Below are positions 27,893 to 39,541 of a stretch of DNA of 64,000 bases, one piece after another. The translations under genes and the position numbers were made by a program. The stretch comes from Penicillus capitatus. Taxonomy: Eukaryota > Plantae > Chlorophyta. Every line of letters begins with the position of its first letter. Positions within the stretch are counted from its first letter, which is position 1. Below the pieces are notes generated by a model that ran no database searches, was not told the DNA's origin, and saw only the letters and a program-made list of their open reading frames with translations. The stretch lies in assembly GCA_965649825.1 (NCBI GenBank), contig OZ287700.1:1178001-1242000 (forward strand). The letters are read 5' to 3'.

Positions 27893-27958
27893 TTCGATGA
27901 AGACTCCCGTCGTTTCAAAAACGCTTCCCTCGGATGCCACGTCTACTGCATTTGTCAG

Positions 27959-30900
27959 ATGTCCGATTCAGATTCTGACGATTTGGCCTTCGGTGACGAA
28001 GCCGATGCGTCGTCGCCGCCACCTGTCGCAACGAATGCTCCTCCGATGGAGGACGTTCAGGCGCAGGTCCCGCTGAAGATGTCGGGAAGAGGACTGGGAC
28101 TCGAATACGTCCCTGTCGATCCGGAAGCGCTTGAAGAGCTGCCGCAGGCACCTCAATACCTCTACCCACGTACACGCGACATCAGCGATTTCGTCTTCGG
28201 CGGAGCTGCGTCGCAGACCGACGTTACGGCGCCAAACGAACCAACTGCATTCGAAGGTGTATCCACTGCAGCAACGGAGGAACAGAGCGAGCAGGGTGCT
28301 GTCGATCGAGCGCGGGATAAGTTTCGTCGTTTTCAATCTGAGCTTTTTGATCAACGCGAGTCCCTCGATCCGCGTCTCCGAGAAGAATTTGAGATGGGAT
28401 ACAATGTGGATATGACTGCCTTGGCCGATGAGAACGTGGAGGGAGAGTTTGCCGAAGACGAGCGATGGATCGTTGTCTCTTCCTTCTTCCAAGAGAAGGG
28501 CCTTGTCCGTCAGCAGCTCGATTCTTTCCGCGAGTTCATGGAGAACACACTACAAGAGATCGTGATCGAGAACGGCGATGTTGTTATCCAGCCAGAGGCG
28601 CAGCACAAAGGAGAGGACGAGGATCAGGAAGAACTGGAATATCGCATCACGTTTCATCAGATCTCGATCAGCAAACCAAGCTTCAATGAAGTGGATGGCG
28701 ATGCCATTGAGCTCTTCCCTAGAGAAGCCCGTTTGCGGAATCTGACGTACTGTGCTCCTGTGTTTGTGGATGTCACCAAGAAAGAGATCGTGCGTTCTTC
28801 GGATGGCCACAGCAAAGAGGCGGAGACGAAAGACAATGTCTATCTCTGCGATGTGCCTATCATGTTGCGCAGCGCCTTCTGTGAGCTGAACAATTTCCAG
28901 AAAGAGGATGTGACATACATGGGAGAATGTCCATACGACCAAGGTGGATATTTTGTGGTGAATGGTTCAGAGAAAGTGCTCATTGCTCAAGAACGTATGG
29001 CAAATAATCATGTCTACGTGTTCAAGAAATCGTTGCCAAGCAAGTATGCCGTGACAGCCGAATGCCGTTCGGTGGTGGAAAAGAGCTCAAGGGTGCCTTC
29101 CTTGGTCGGCGTGCATTTGATGGCGCGTGCTGGAAGGCGAGCCGCCCTCTCAAGCAGCCCCATCCGCGCCACACTACCTTATATCAACACCGACATACCA
29201 GCCCTTGTGGTGTTCCGGGCACTGGGCTGCGTCGGCGATCTGGATATACTGGAACATATCGTCCCCGATTTTCAGGATGCTGAACTGATGGAAGCATTGC
29301 GGCCTTCCATCGAAGATGCTGAGCCTATCAAGAACCAGGAAGTCGCATTGGACTTCATTGCCAAGAGAGGAGCCGCTGTGGGCGTAGCACGGCATAAGAG
29401 AATGAATTATGCACGGGATCTACTGCAGAAGCACTTTCTTCCCCATATCGGCCTCAATCACATCGAAGTGGATGCTTCACGAAAGGGATACTTCTTTGGT
29501 TATATGATCTACCGTCTGCTGCTTGTGGCTCTGGGCCGTCGAGCAGAGGATGATCGAGATCATTATGCTAACAAGCGATTGGATCTGGCAGGGCCATTGA
29601 TGGCTGGTCTTTTCAGGCTGCAGTTCCGTCGTCTGGTGAAAGACATCCGGCGGCGCGTTCAGCGCTGTGTCGATACAGGAAAAGAGATCTACGTGCCGGA
29701 CATCATCAATCATAATCTCATCAGCAGCGGTTTGAAGTATTCTTTGGCCACTGGCAATTGGGGACAGCAAGGAACACAGAACGTGCGTTCGGGCGTCTCA
29801 CAAGTCCTGCAGAGACTGACCTATGCCGCAACGCTATCGCATCTACGCCGAGTCAATTCGCCCATTGGTCGTGAAGGAAAACTGTCGAAACCGCGGCAGC
29901 TGCATAACAGTCAATGGGGTATGCTGTGTCCAGCCGAGACACCAGAAGGCCAGGCATGTGGCTTGGTCAAGAATCTGGCCTTGATGACCTACATCTCTGT
30001 GGGCACACCTGTGGAAAGCGTTACCGAGTGCTTTGCCTCGTGCGGCTGTATGAATCTGGAAGACATTCCCACAGGAAAACTGAACCAGTTTACCAAGATC
30101 TTTATTAACGGTCGTTGGCTGGCGATGGTCGAAGAAGCGCAGCAGTTTGTCGATATGATTCGAACCCTTCGGCGTGGGTCAGAGCTGGATCCAGAGGTCA
30201 GTGTCGTTCATGATCTGTCCCTTCAGGAGATCCGTATCTACACAGATGCAGGACGTACATGCCGACCGTTGTTTATTGTCAACAACCAACATCTCCTCAT
30301 TCAACGCGAGCAGATTCTCAGTCTTGTTCCCAGAGAAGAGCCAAACGGCACATCGACGGCACCGGAGGCAAACTGGGATACATTGCTGAGCCTGGGAGTG
30401 ATCGAGTACATCGACACGGCAGAGGAAGAAACGACGATGATTGCGATGACGCCGCTGGATGTGAAGAAAGCTCGATTGCGTTCAGCACAGGCGTACTGCG
30501 ATACCTACACGCATTGCGAGATCCATCCGGCCATGATTCTGGGCGTCTGTGCCTCCATTGTGCCGTTTCCCGATCACAATCAGTCTCCAAGGAATACCTA
30601 TCAATCGGCCATGGGCAAACAAGCTATGGGACTGTATGCCACCAATTTCCAAGTCCGTATGGACACGCAAGCATATGTGTTGTACTATCCTCAGAAGCCG
30701 CTTGTGGTGACACGTGGGATGCAGTATCTGAACTTCGAGGAGATGCCAGCCGGACACAATGCCGTTGTCGCCATCGCATGTTACTCGGGATACAATCAAG
30801 AAGACTCCATCATGATGAATCAGTCCGCCATCGATCGAGGATTCTTCCGATCGATTTTCTATCGATCCTACAAGGACGAGGAGAAGAAAGTGGGATCGCT

Positions 30901-31988
30901 CATCTATGAAGAGATCGAGAAACCGGACCCCACGACAACCGCCGGCATTCGGCACGGAACCTATGACAAATTGGACGACGATGGAGTCATTCCGCCCGGG
31001 ACGCCTGTCAATGGAGACGATGTGATTGTGGGGAAGACGGCACGGCTGCCAGCCAATGAAGCACAGGAGTCCAGATTTACCAAACGCGACTGCAGCACGT
31101 CATTGAGACACAGCGAGCGAGGCGTCGTCGATGCCGTCCTCTTTAGCACGAATGCAGAGGGTCGCCGATTTGTCAAGATTCGTGTGCGATCGGATCGTGT
31201 GCCGCAGATTGGTGACAAATTTGCCAGTCGACATGGGCAGAAAGGAACCATTGGAATGACCTATGCTCAAGAGGACATGCCGTTCACTTCGGAAGGCATC
31301 GTTCCAGATCTTATCATCAATCCTCACGCGATTCCTTCCCGTATGACGATTGGACACTTGGTCGAGTGTCTCATGAGCAAAGTGGCGGCCAATACTGGCG
31401 TCGCCGGAGATGCCACCCCCTTCAACGGTATCACTGTCGACGCCATTTCTCGACAGCTTCATGAAGCAGGATACGAGCGCCGTGGATGGGACGTCCTCTA
31501 TAACGGCCACACTGGCAAGCCTTTGCAGGTCGGATACAGAATGGCGGCTTCTGTGGTCGAGTGGTGTGATGTGACAGGCGAAGATCTTTGTGGGACCGAC
31601 CTACTATCAGCGATTGAAGCATATGGTGGATGACAAGATCCATTCAAGAGGAAGAGGCCCTGTGCAGATTCTGACACGACAACCTGTCGAAGGTCGATCC
31701 CGTGAAGGCGGTCTGCGTTTCGGCGAGATGGAACGCGACTGCATTATCAGCCATGGCTGCGCCGCCTTTCTCAAAGAGCGCCTCTTCGATCAATCCGACG
31801 CCTATCGTGTCCACGTCTGCGAGAAATCCGGCCTTTTTGCCATCGCCGATCTCAGAAAGAACCATTTCTACAGTCAGATCCACGGCAACGACTCCAACGT
31901 GGTGCAAGTCTTTTTGCCCTATGCATGCAAACTCCTCTTTCAGGAGCTCATGTCTATGTGCATTGTCCCCAAAATTGAAGTGGACTGA
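27959..31988 (+). CDS. RPB2: RNA polymerase II second-largest subunit (single intron 31529-31577)
   Basis: [87 protein letters not shown] and [12 protein letters not shown]. The intron joins KPLQ to [13 protein letters not shown]. Confidence 0.98.
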
Positions 31989-32045
31989 GTGACGGACAGA
32001 TCGACGCGTCATGAGTGACAGACAGTCCTATTGTCAATGATTGCG

Positions 32046-32050
32046 TTACA
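32046..32050 (-). terminator. TGTAA poly(A) signal downstream of RPS23
   Basis: TTACA on the + strand, 15 nt beyond the RPS23 stop. Confidence 0.55.
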
Positions 32051-32065
32051 GGGCATAAGAGACCG

Positions 32066-32646
<581 letters not shown>

Positions 32647-33114
32647 ATCAACAGCGGCAGTGGCGGCGGCGTCGACGACGACGATGGGACGTCCCAGATG
32701 GCACTATTAATTTTATAACGACAATGATGACTAGTTCTGTTCAACGAACATGGGTGGCGTTCGTTAGGAGGACGCAGGTGAGACATGCATACACCAACTC
32801 CACCACAGTCCATACCCTTCCAATCCGTATGTTACCACTACCCAGTCGGGAGGGCCACTTGTGGGATATTTCTATGTGGGTTAACCGATATTGCGGGATT
32901 TGGTCAATTGATCTTTTTGTCATTCCTCAATATCTCAAACACTGCAAAGTAATTCTATAAAAACGTGACCAGACAACGAAAAGACATCGAGACAAAATAT
33001 TCGGAAAGTTCGTTCTACATGGAACCCATGCTCTCTCTGCTTTTACGTTTCTTAAGGCGGTGCTGTGACACCTGTGTGTATACAGAACGAAGACTATTAT
33101 AAACTACAACAAGC

Positions 33115-33215
33115 AAACGAACAAACAGGTCGACAGACGGACAGACAGACAAGTAAGATAAGACAGTTGCAGTATGTCGGCCAGTCAATCATCCAGTCAG
33201 TCAATCAGTCAGTCA
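33115..33215. repeat. Degenerate (CAGA)n/(CAGT)n simple-sequence tract
   Basis: acagacggacagacagacaag...cagtcaatcatccagtcagtcaatcagtcagtca, read directly in an intergenic region. Confidence 0.7.
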
Positions 33216-33369
33216 CATACGACTACCACACATACTCCTCATCCGGGACATCTAGTGCCACAGCTAACAGAAGTCTACGAGCCGTCAAGAATCGACTTCT
33301 TTATTGATCATTGCTGATCGAAAGCTGACGCTAGAAGTGAACAAAGATTGCTGAATGGTGGGCGAGCAG

Positions 33370-34149
33370 TCAATATGTAGCGACAGGATCGATGTAATCG
33401 TCAGGAAAGGCGGGCATGAGGATATCATCGCCATCATGCATCGAAAACGGTCCGTCAGGCCGCAGTACCGAGTCTCTTGACTTCGCCGACGGCGAAATGA
33501 ACGAGAAGACACGCGTCGTCAAAGACCAAGAGCCTTTCCGCGTTACTTGGTCCTCTGTTGAGAATTCTTCCTCTTCGTCATCGCTAGAACCTACACAACA
33601 GGACACCAACCGTCACCCGCGCCGTTTGTGGTCGACGTCTGCCGCTGATACCTGCCCAAAGAGCATCCCACAGTTTTTCTATCCTTGCGTACTGTTCTTT
33701 CTCTTTGTCTGGACGCTTCTTAAAAATTAGGCTCGGGAGTGAAATGCGAGTCGGAACAGCAAAGCCGCAGAACGGCGGTGGTTCCGGTGTGTTGTGTTTG
33801 TCCAATGGCAGACGGGACGGAAACCCAGCGTCGTTAAACACCATGGCTTCCTCTGTGTTTGTGTGTACGTACATTCGGGGTACTGTGTCGAACAGTCTGT
33901 AAAAGAAATCGGCGTAGTAACTCTCGGGGAACGAATCTATGCCAGCACGTGTTTCATAACGAAGTGGTGAAAATGTGGATGGTGTCCAGGTCAGTCACCA
34001 GAACAGGTACTGATAAATCCGAGACCGAGCTGAAAAGGACTGCGACCGCTTCCGCCGATCCTGAAATGAGCGACACCGAAATTGCCGCGTTAGGGTGAAG
34101 TACAAACCGCCGAACGATTAGGACGTTGAACAATGGCACTCAATACCAT
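33370..34149 (-). CDS. Hypothetical protein, spliced; start uncertain
   Basis: Protein-like exon (SFPESYYADFFYRLFDTVPRMYVHTN...RIEKLWDALWA) joined via a GT-AG intron to an acidic exon (GSSDDEEEEFS...PVATY*). No family recognised. Confidence 0.6.
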
Positions 34150-34195
34150 GATGCAAAGCTTTTAGTAACATAATATGATGCGACGTTCGTTCCTT

Positions 34196-36117
34196 TTACA
34201 CCCTTTCCTCGACGGGTGCCTGTGTCGAATTGGCATTCTGAGGAGCGGTCTGTTCGACAGGATCGGATTCCGACAGGGTGAACGGCTCCGATTCGGATTC
34301 GTAGAAATTCGGCTGACCGATCGACGCCCTCAATCGATTCCAGAATTTCCCGCGCGGATCCACCCGTCTTGGACACATGATGATGACGGGAATAGGCAGA
34401 TAGACGTAGTGCGTGTTGACTAGACCAACCGTAATGCCTGTATATCCAGCAAAGGCCGCGTGGACGGCATTGTGGGCCAAGATCTTGCAGTAGATGCGAT
34501 CCGTCGGCGAGGCTGGAATGGCACGGATCATATAGGTCGGATCGATATACTTGACGTCGGCGTCTGCAAAGTACTGCTTCATTTCGTCCCTTAAGTACTT
34601 TCCAATATCCTTGAGGATGGGATTCCCGCTGGCGTCACGGCCGTCCTGTGAACCGTTGAGCGCCTGAAGCAGATTCTGTCCGGCTCCTTCGGCTACACAG
34701 ACGACGGCGTGACCCTTCGTGTGCAGAATGTTGTTCAGGTAAGCAAAGAGCCCATGTTTGCCGTATAGATCAAAGGGACTCTCAGGGATCAGACAGGCGT
34801 CGACGATACCTGCCGAACGAGAGATGGTCGTTTGTGGACAGAGCGACGGAAAGAGCGCACCTGCTGCCAAAGAGGACTGCATAGCAATGAATCCACTCTG
34901 TCGTCCCATCAGCTTCACCAATCCGATACCGTGTCTGGCACTGGAGGCCTCGACCTGTGCAGCCAGCAATGCCCGTTGAGCTTCGTCCACTGCTGTCTCA
35001 AATCCAAAGCATCGATCGATCTACACGAATCCATGGACGTCCTTTTCATAACCGTAGCGCTCTCACCAGGAGGATGTCATTGTCAATGGACTTGGGAACT
35101 CCCACAACGGCACAGTGCACATCGTGTTCCTTGCAGTAGTTATAAATTGCATTGGCTCCAGCATTGCCGCCGTTTCCGCCAACAACGAATAACATATTGA
35201 TCCCCCACATATCAATTCTCTTCACAATTTCCCTGGCACACAGGCATCGTACGATCGGCACAGCAATCGGCAGCTTCACTTCATATTAGCTCCACCGCGT
35301 GATGTCCCCAGTATAGTGCCTCCCTCCAACTGGATGCCTTCGACCACCTGCTTTGTCAAGACGATAGGTTTGTGATCGGGATCATAGAATCCTCGAAATC
35401 CGTATCTGATGACAGGCCAGACGTGAAGGGAGAGGCAGAACGGAGATCATAGCAATACCTGATGCCAAGGACCTGTCCTTTGGGCACACCATAGTCCTCC
35501 AGTTTGCTCACGATTCCTTGAACAACATCGTTCAGTCCAGGGCACAATCCTCCACATGTCACAATAGCTGCATTGACCGACTCTGGATTATAATAGATCG
35601 TTTTGCGGGCCCCTGCACGTACAGCCCATTCCGGCAATTCGATGCATTCCTCCACGTCGTCATCGTTTTCATCTTTGGAAGCTACTCGCAGACCAGGACA
35701 ACTGGCTCCTGAATGTATCCATCCGCCGATTAAGGGAGAGGATATGAGAGGCAGATGATTTCTGTGCCTGTCGATTCTGGCGAGGCGTAGTGAATGGAGA
35801 CCAAGGAGACGCGATCTTCATCGCCCACAAATCCTCCTCCATAGTTACGATGGGGAGCAAAGGGACTCTGACTGCAGCACAGACATCGCTGATAGGCACC
35901 GTAACGTCACGTACGCTCACATAGGTTTCAGATGTGTTTTCAGATTCGGACATTCCAGAATCTCTTTGGACAGATCTGGCGAGAGAAGGCAGATGAAACG
36001 GAAGCCGTGTCCAAGATGTCCATACCGATATCGCGGAGCAGATCTGAAGGGAGATTGCATCGAACAGTAAACGCTCCACGTCGATGACGCGTCCCCGAAG
36101 AGGACGACCATTTCCAT
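34196..36117 (-). CDS. PFK: ATP-dependent 6-phosphofructokinase, plastid PFK-B/PFK5-type (about 6 introns, one GC-AG)
   Basis: [64 protein letters not shown] and [15 protein letters not shown] overlaps the stop (GTG TAA, 34196-34200). Confidence 0.96.
35709..35767 (-). other. GC-AG intron in PFK (TCGACAG|GCACAG...ACATTCAG|GA)
   Basis: Needed to join HYASPESTG to ASCPG. There is no GT between the conserved exon and the in-frame TAA inside the intron. Confidence 0.85.
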
Positions 36118-36630
36118 GTGCGCGAGGCACGCAGATGCACAGCACTGGGACGAATGCGACGGCAGGGGGGCACGCTTCTTCCCAGCACACGATGTCCGGT
36201 GTTTCCCCTTAGGGGATAAGAACGCAAGTGCATTTTCCTAACACCACATGACGCGTATCAACAAACATTCAGCGCGACATTGCGTCCGCCCGCGCTACGA
36301 GGTCACGCAGCGTGCGTAGCTGCGGGTCGTCACGCACACCGTTTCCAAATAGGTGCTACAGACGCGTTAGCCGCCGGCGGCTTGGCCTTAAGTATCGGCA
36401 CGTGCCTTGAGTGGTCCGTCTCGTTTTTCTGTTGGATTTCGCCGAAGGACGACGGCCGCGCAGAAGCGACAGATCAATATCGAATCAATCGATGCCTCGA
36501 GCGTCCTTTCGTTAAAATCGAGAGCAGTCCTGCGTCATGAGACGTCTAGACATCAATCGACGCCCCTCATTAACAAAATTTAGGACTGACGTTCATGGAG
36601 CAAATTCTCTCCACAGTGAAGCTTGCCGTG

Positions 36631-38329
36631 TTAAGAGCTCTTGATCTGTTGAATAGCAATGTTAAAAACAAGGGCGGCAATAAAACCGCTGACGGCGAAG
36701 AAACCTTTCTGCCTCCAGCCAGAAGTCGTCGTCGTTTTTGGAGACTTGAAAATATATTCACTCTTGTGTGCATCACCCTCGACGATGTGACCTTCACCGA
36801 TCAGGGTATACTTGTTGGTCATCAGTCCTTCCACGCCCACCTAGATCACCACAGACGGCGAAAAATAAAGGACCTCTCCTCGTGTTCGAAGGTATTACGG
36901 GTCCACGGGCATGGATGCGCGATGTGCTGATGCCCACTTCAGCTCCGAGACCGTAGCGGTAGCCATCGGACCATCGGGTTGAGGCATTGTGATGCACACA
37001 GGCACTGTCTACGAGCTTGAGAAATCTCTCGGCGTGATCAGGATTCGCCGTCACAATAGAATCTGTATGCTTCGATCCGTAGATGTTGATATGATGTATG
37101 GCATCGTCTAAACTATCGACGACTTCGATCGTCACCTCGGGGCTTGAGTACTCGTGGCTTAGCGTCGGTGCTGGATCCATACTGAGAGACGCCAGTCGTG
37201 GGTGATTTCCTTTGTATAGACGTCCTCCTGCCATCACCTGTCACATCATTCTTCCTGTCCAGTGGTGCGCACCTTTCAATGTTAGCGTATCACAGATGGT
37301 CTGAAATCCATCGTTGTCCATCCAGGAGCTGTGGATGAGAATGGTCTCCACTGCATTGCACGCAGCTGGATAATCCATCTTCGCGTCGAGACAGATTTTG
37401 CAGGCCATCGAGAGATCCGCATCCCGATCCACATAAACATGACAGATTCCATCCGAATGACCCAGAACAGCAATCTTCGTGTTCGTCTGAATGTAGCGCA
37501 CCAGGTTGTTGGACCCCCTAAACATCGCCATTCCTTTACACATGCCCAGCCGAGCGCACGGAGTGTCCACCTGGGAATGACGAGATCGATGACGTCATTC
37601 AATTTCAATAAGTCATCGATATCTTCCCTCTTCTGTACCAGAGCAATCAAGTTGGAGCTCACCTGCATCGATTGCATAGTGTTCAGATGTTAAGGAATGC
37701 TGAGGGGTGCCTCTGGAACGACGGCATTGATGACACTGCAAACGATTTGATGGAGCAACGCCGTGGTTTCTGCTCCCTCTTTCCCTCCTTTCAAAAGACA
37801 TCCGTTGCCACTTCGTATAGCCAACGCCGCGATCTGCAGCAGCACTTCCGGACGAGACTGCACGCCACACCGCACGTCACATCATTCGGAAATGGTTTAC
37901 AGATCTGATCATCCACTTCAAAAATGATGAGCAAGACGCCGATCGGAACCGTGATTTTCTTCAAGAACAGTCCTTTCGTGATCTCGAGCTTCGAGACGAT
38001 CTTTCCAATCGGTTCATCCAGTTCCGCTATTTGTCGTATGCCCGCCACGGCCGACTGCAGCTTCTCTTCCTTAAGCTGCAGGCGTTTCAAGACGGAATCC
38101 GTAACGAGACCTGTCCCTTTCGCACATCAGATGCACGACGCCGAGTGGAGGACGCGCCTGAGGATCTTTGCACGTCGGCATCGTTTTTTTGAAGAATCTC
38201 TCCCTGCCGTTTCTCGACGGCCTCGGCGAGTTTCTCGAGAAGCTCTGCGCGTATTTCAGATGGCAAGACGCGAAGTTTCAGCGAGGCTGCTCTGGCGTCG
38301 AGAGCCAAATCGCGTGGCTCTCTTTCCAT
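36631..38329 (-). CDS. proA: Stand-alone gamma-glutamyl phosphate reductase (glutamate-5-semialdehyde dehydrogenase)
   Basis: [74 protein letters not shown] and [29 protein letters not shown]; no glutamate-kinase domain. Confidence 0.95.
37663..37710 (-). other. Probable GC-AG intron in proA (CCAGAG|GCACCC...GATGCAG|GTG)
   Basis: No GT occurs inside the segment. An in-frame GT donor 12 nt upstream is an alternative that would delete VVPE. Confidence 0.55.
38111..38157 (-). other. GC-AG intron in proA (TCCTCAG|GCGCGT...GGGACAG|GT)
   Basis: Only this phase-1 junction gives [19 protein letters not shown]; the adjacent GT is phase 2. Confidence 0.8.
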
Positions 38330-38461
38330 TCTCGCAAACAAACAAACAAACCAACAAATGAGACCGGCATCAAGAACCGTATCTCCGCCGTAGTTCTCGT
38401 ACCCTGTTTTTCTTCATTCCCTTTGTCCGATCTATCATCTTTCGGCACGTCGTTTCCGCCT

Positions 38462-38899
38462 ATGGCAATGATGGAGGATCGGGGACAAGACGTCTCCCTG
38501 AAAGAGGTTTTGGAGAGTCGCCCCAAAGGTTCTTTTCTTTTCCCCAAAAACGTTGTCATCGAGGAAGTTCTTGAACATATCGACGAAACGTGGACTACTC
38601 TTTGGGAAGGTACACCCTTCGACGCCAACCATCGCTCAGCCGAACGGTACGGCCACGGCAAAGGGGGACAGGCGAAATCTGGCGACAATACAAGCGAGGG
38701 CAGTGCATCTGAGACATCGGTGCTGCGAGACACCGACCCGCCGAAGAAATTATCATGGTTCAATCGAACGCTTTCGCGACTGAGTCTCTGGCCGAAAAAA
38801 CCGAACGTTCCCGTAACTGGACGCGTTTTTAGCATCGACCGCATTCATTCTTTCATTCCAAGGTATGCGAGAGCTCACACTTTGGAAAAGAGTGACTAA
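38462..38899 (+). CDS. Hypothetical intronless protein of about 145 aa
   Basis: Open frame MAMMEDRGQDVSLKEVLESRP...HTLEKSD* with protein-like composition, divergent from proA. No family recognised. Confidence 0.5.
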   Translation: MAMMEDRGQDVSLKEVLESRPKGSFLFPKNVVIEEVLEHIDETWTTLWEGTPFDANHRSAERYGHGKGGQAKSGDNTSEGSASETSVLRDTDPPKKLSWFNRTLSRLSLWPKKPNVPVTGRVFSIDRIHSFIPRYARAHTLEKSD

Positions 38900-39541
38900 G
38901 TAAGGACGCTTGTGCGATGTAGATTTCCCAGTTGGGTCCAATGGAATGACGAATTCGAGAATCCCTCTGCGTTAACACCAGCAACCCAGGACTCTATCCA
39001 GAGATCCTAGAAACTGTGTTTTCGGCAATCGTTCATAGTCCTGTTAAAGCATTGCTGTTTTCGAATCACATGGCCTTCTCCTTTTTTCTGACCGTGACTT
39101 ATTGCCTAGAGATCACGCGTCCGAAATCCAACCCGCTGAAGTGGACAGACGGGTGCATTTAATTTTCTATGTTAGCAGTTTTTTCTGGAGTGTTTTGTGA
39201 AGACGCTGCACAACGGGATCGCTTAAGGTCAAGAAGGTAAATACGATGGTCACGTTGATGTTCTGCCTTATCGTTCAACAACAAATGGTAGGGGGTGGGT
39301 AAATTGCGCGACATATGGTTAGACTGCCTTTACTGGATTGCTGTTGACGCATGTGCAGTGTTGATCTCAGACTTGCGTGAAGACGCGTATTTGATGACAA
39401 ACAGCAGACAGTTATTAGACAATACAGGTTTCTTAGCATGCCTGTATGCCGCCGAACATGGTCCAATTTAAAGCGACGAGACAATCTCTAGCGTTCGCCT
39501 TGTGATTGTACATATTCTTGTTAAGATCGAACATTCGTCGT

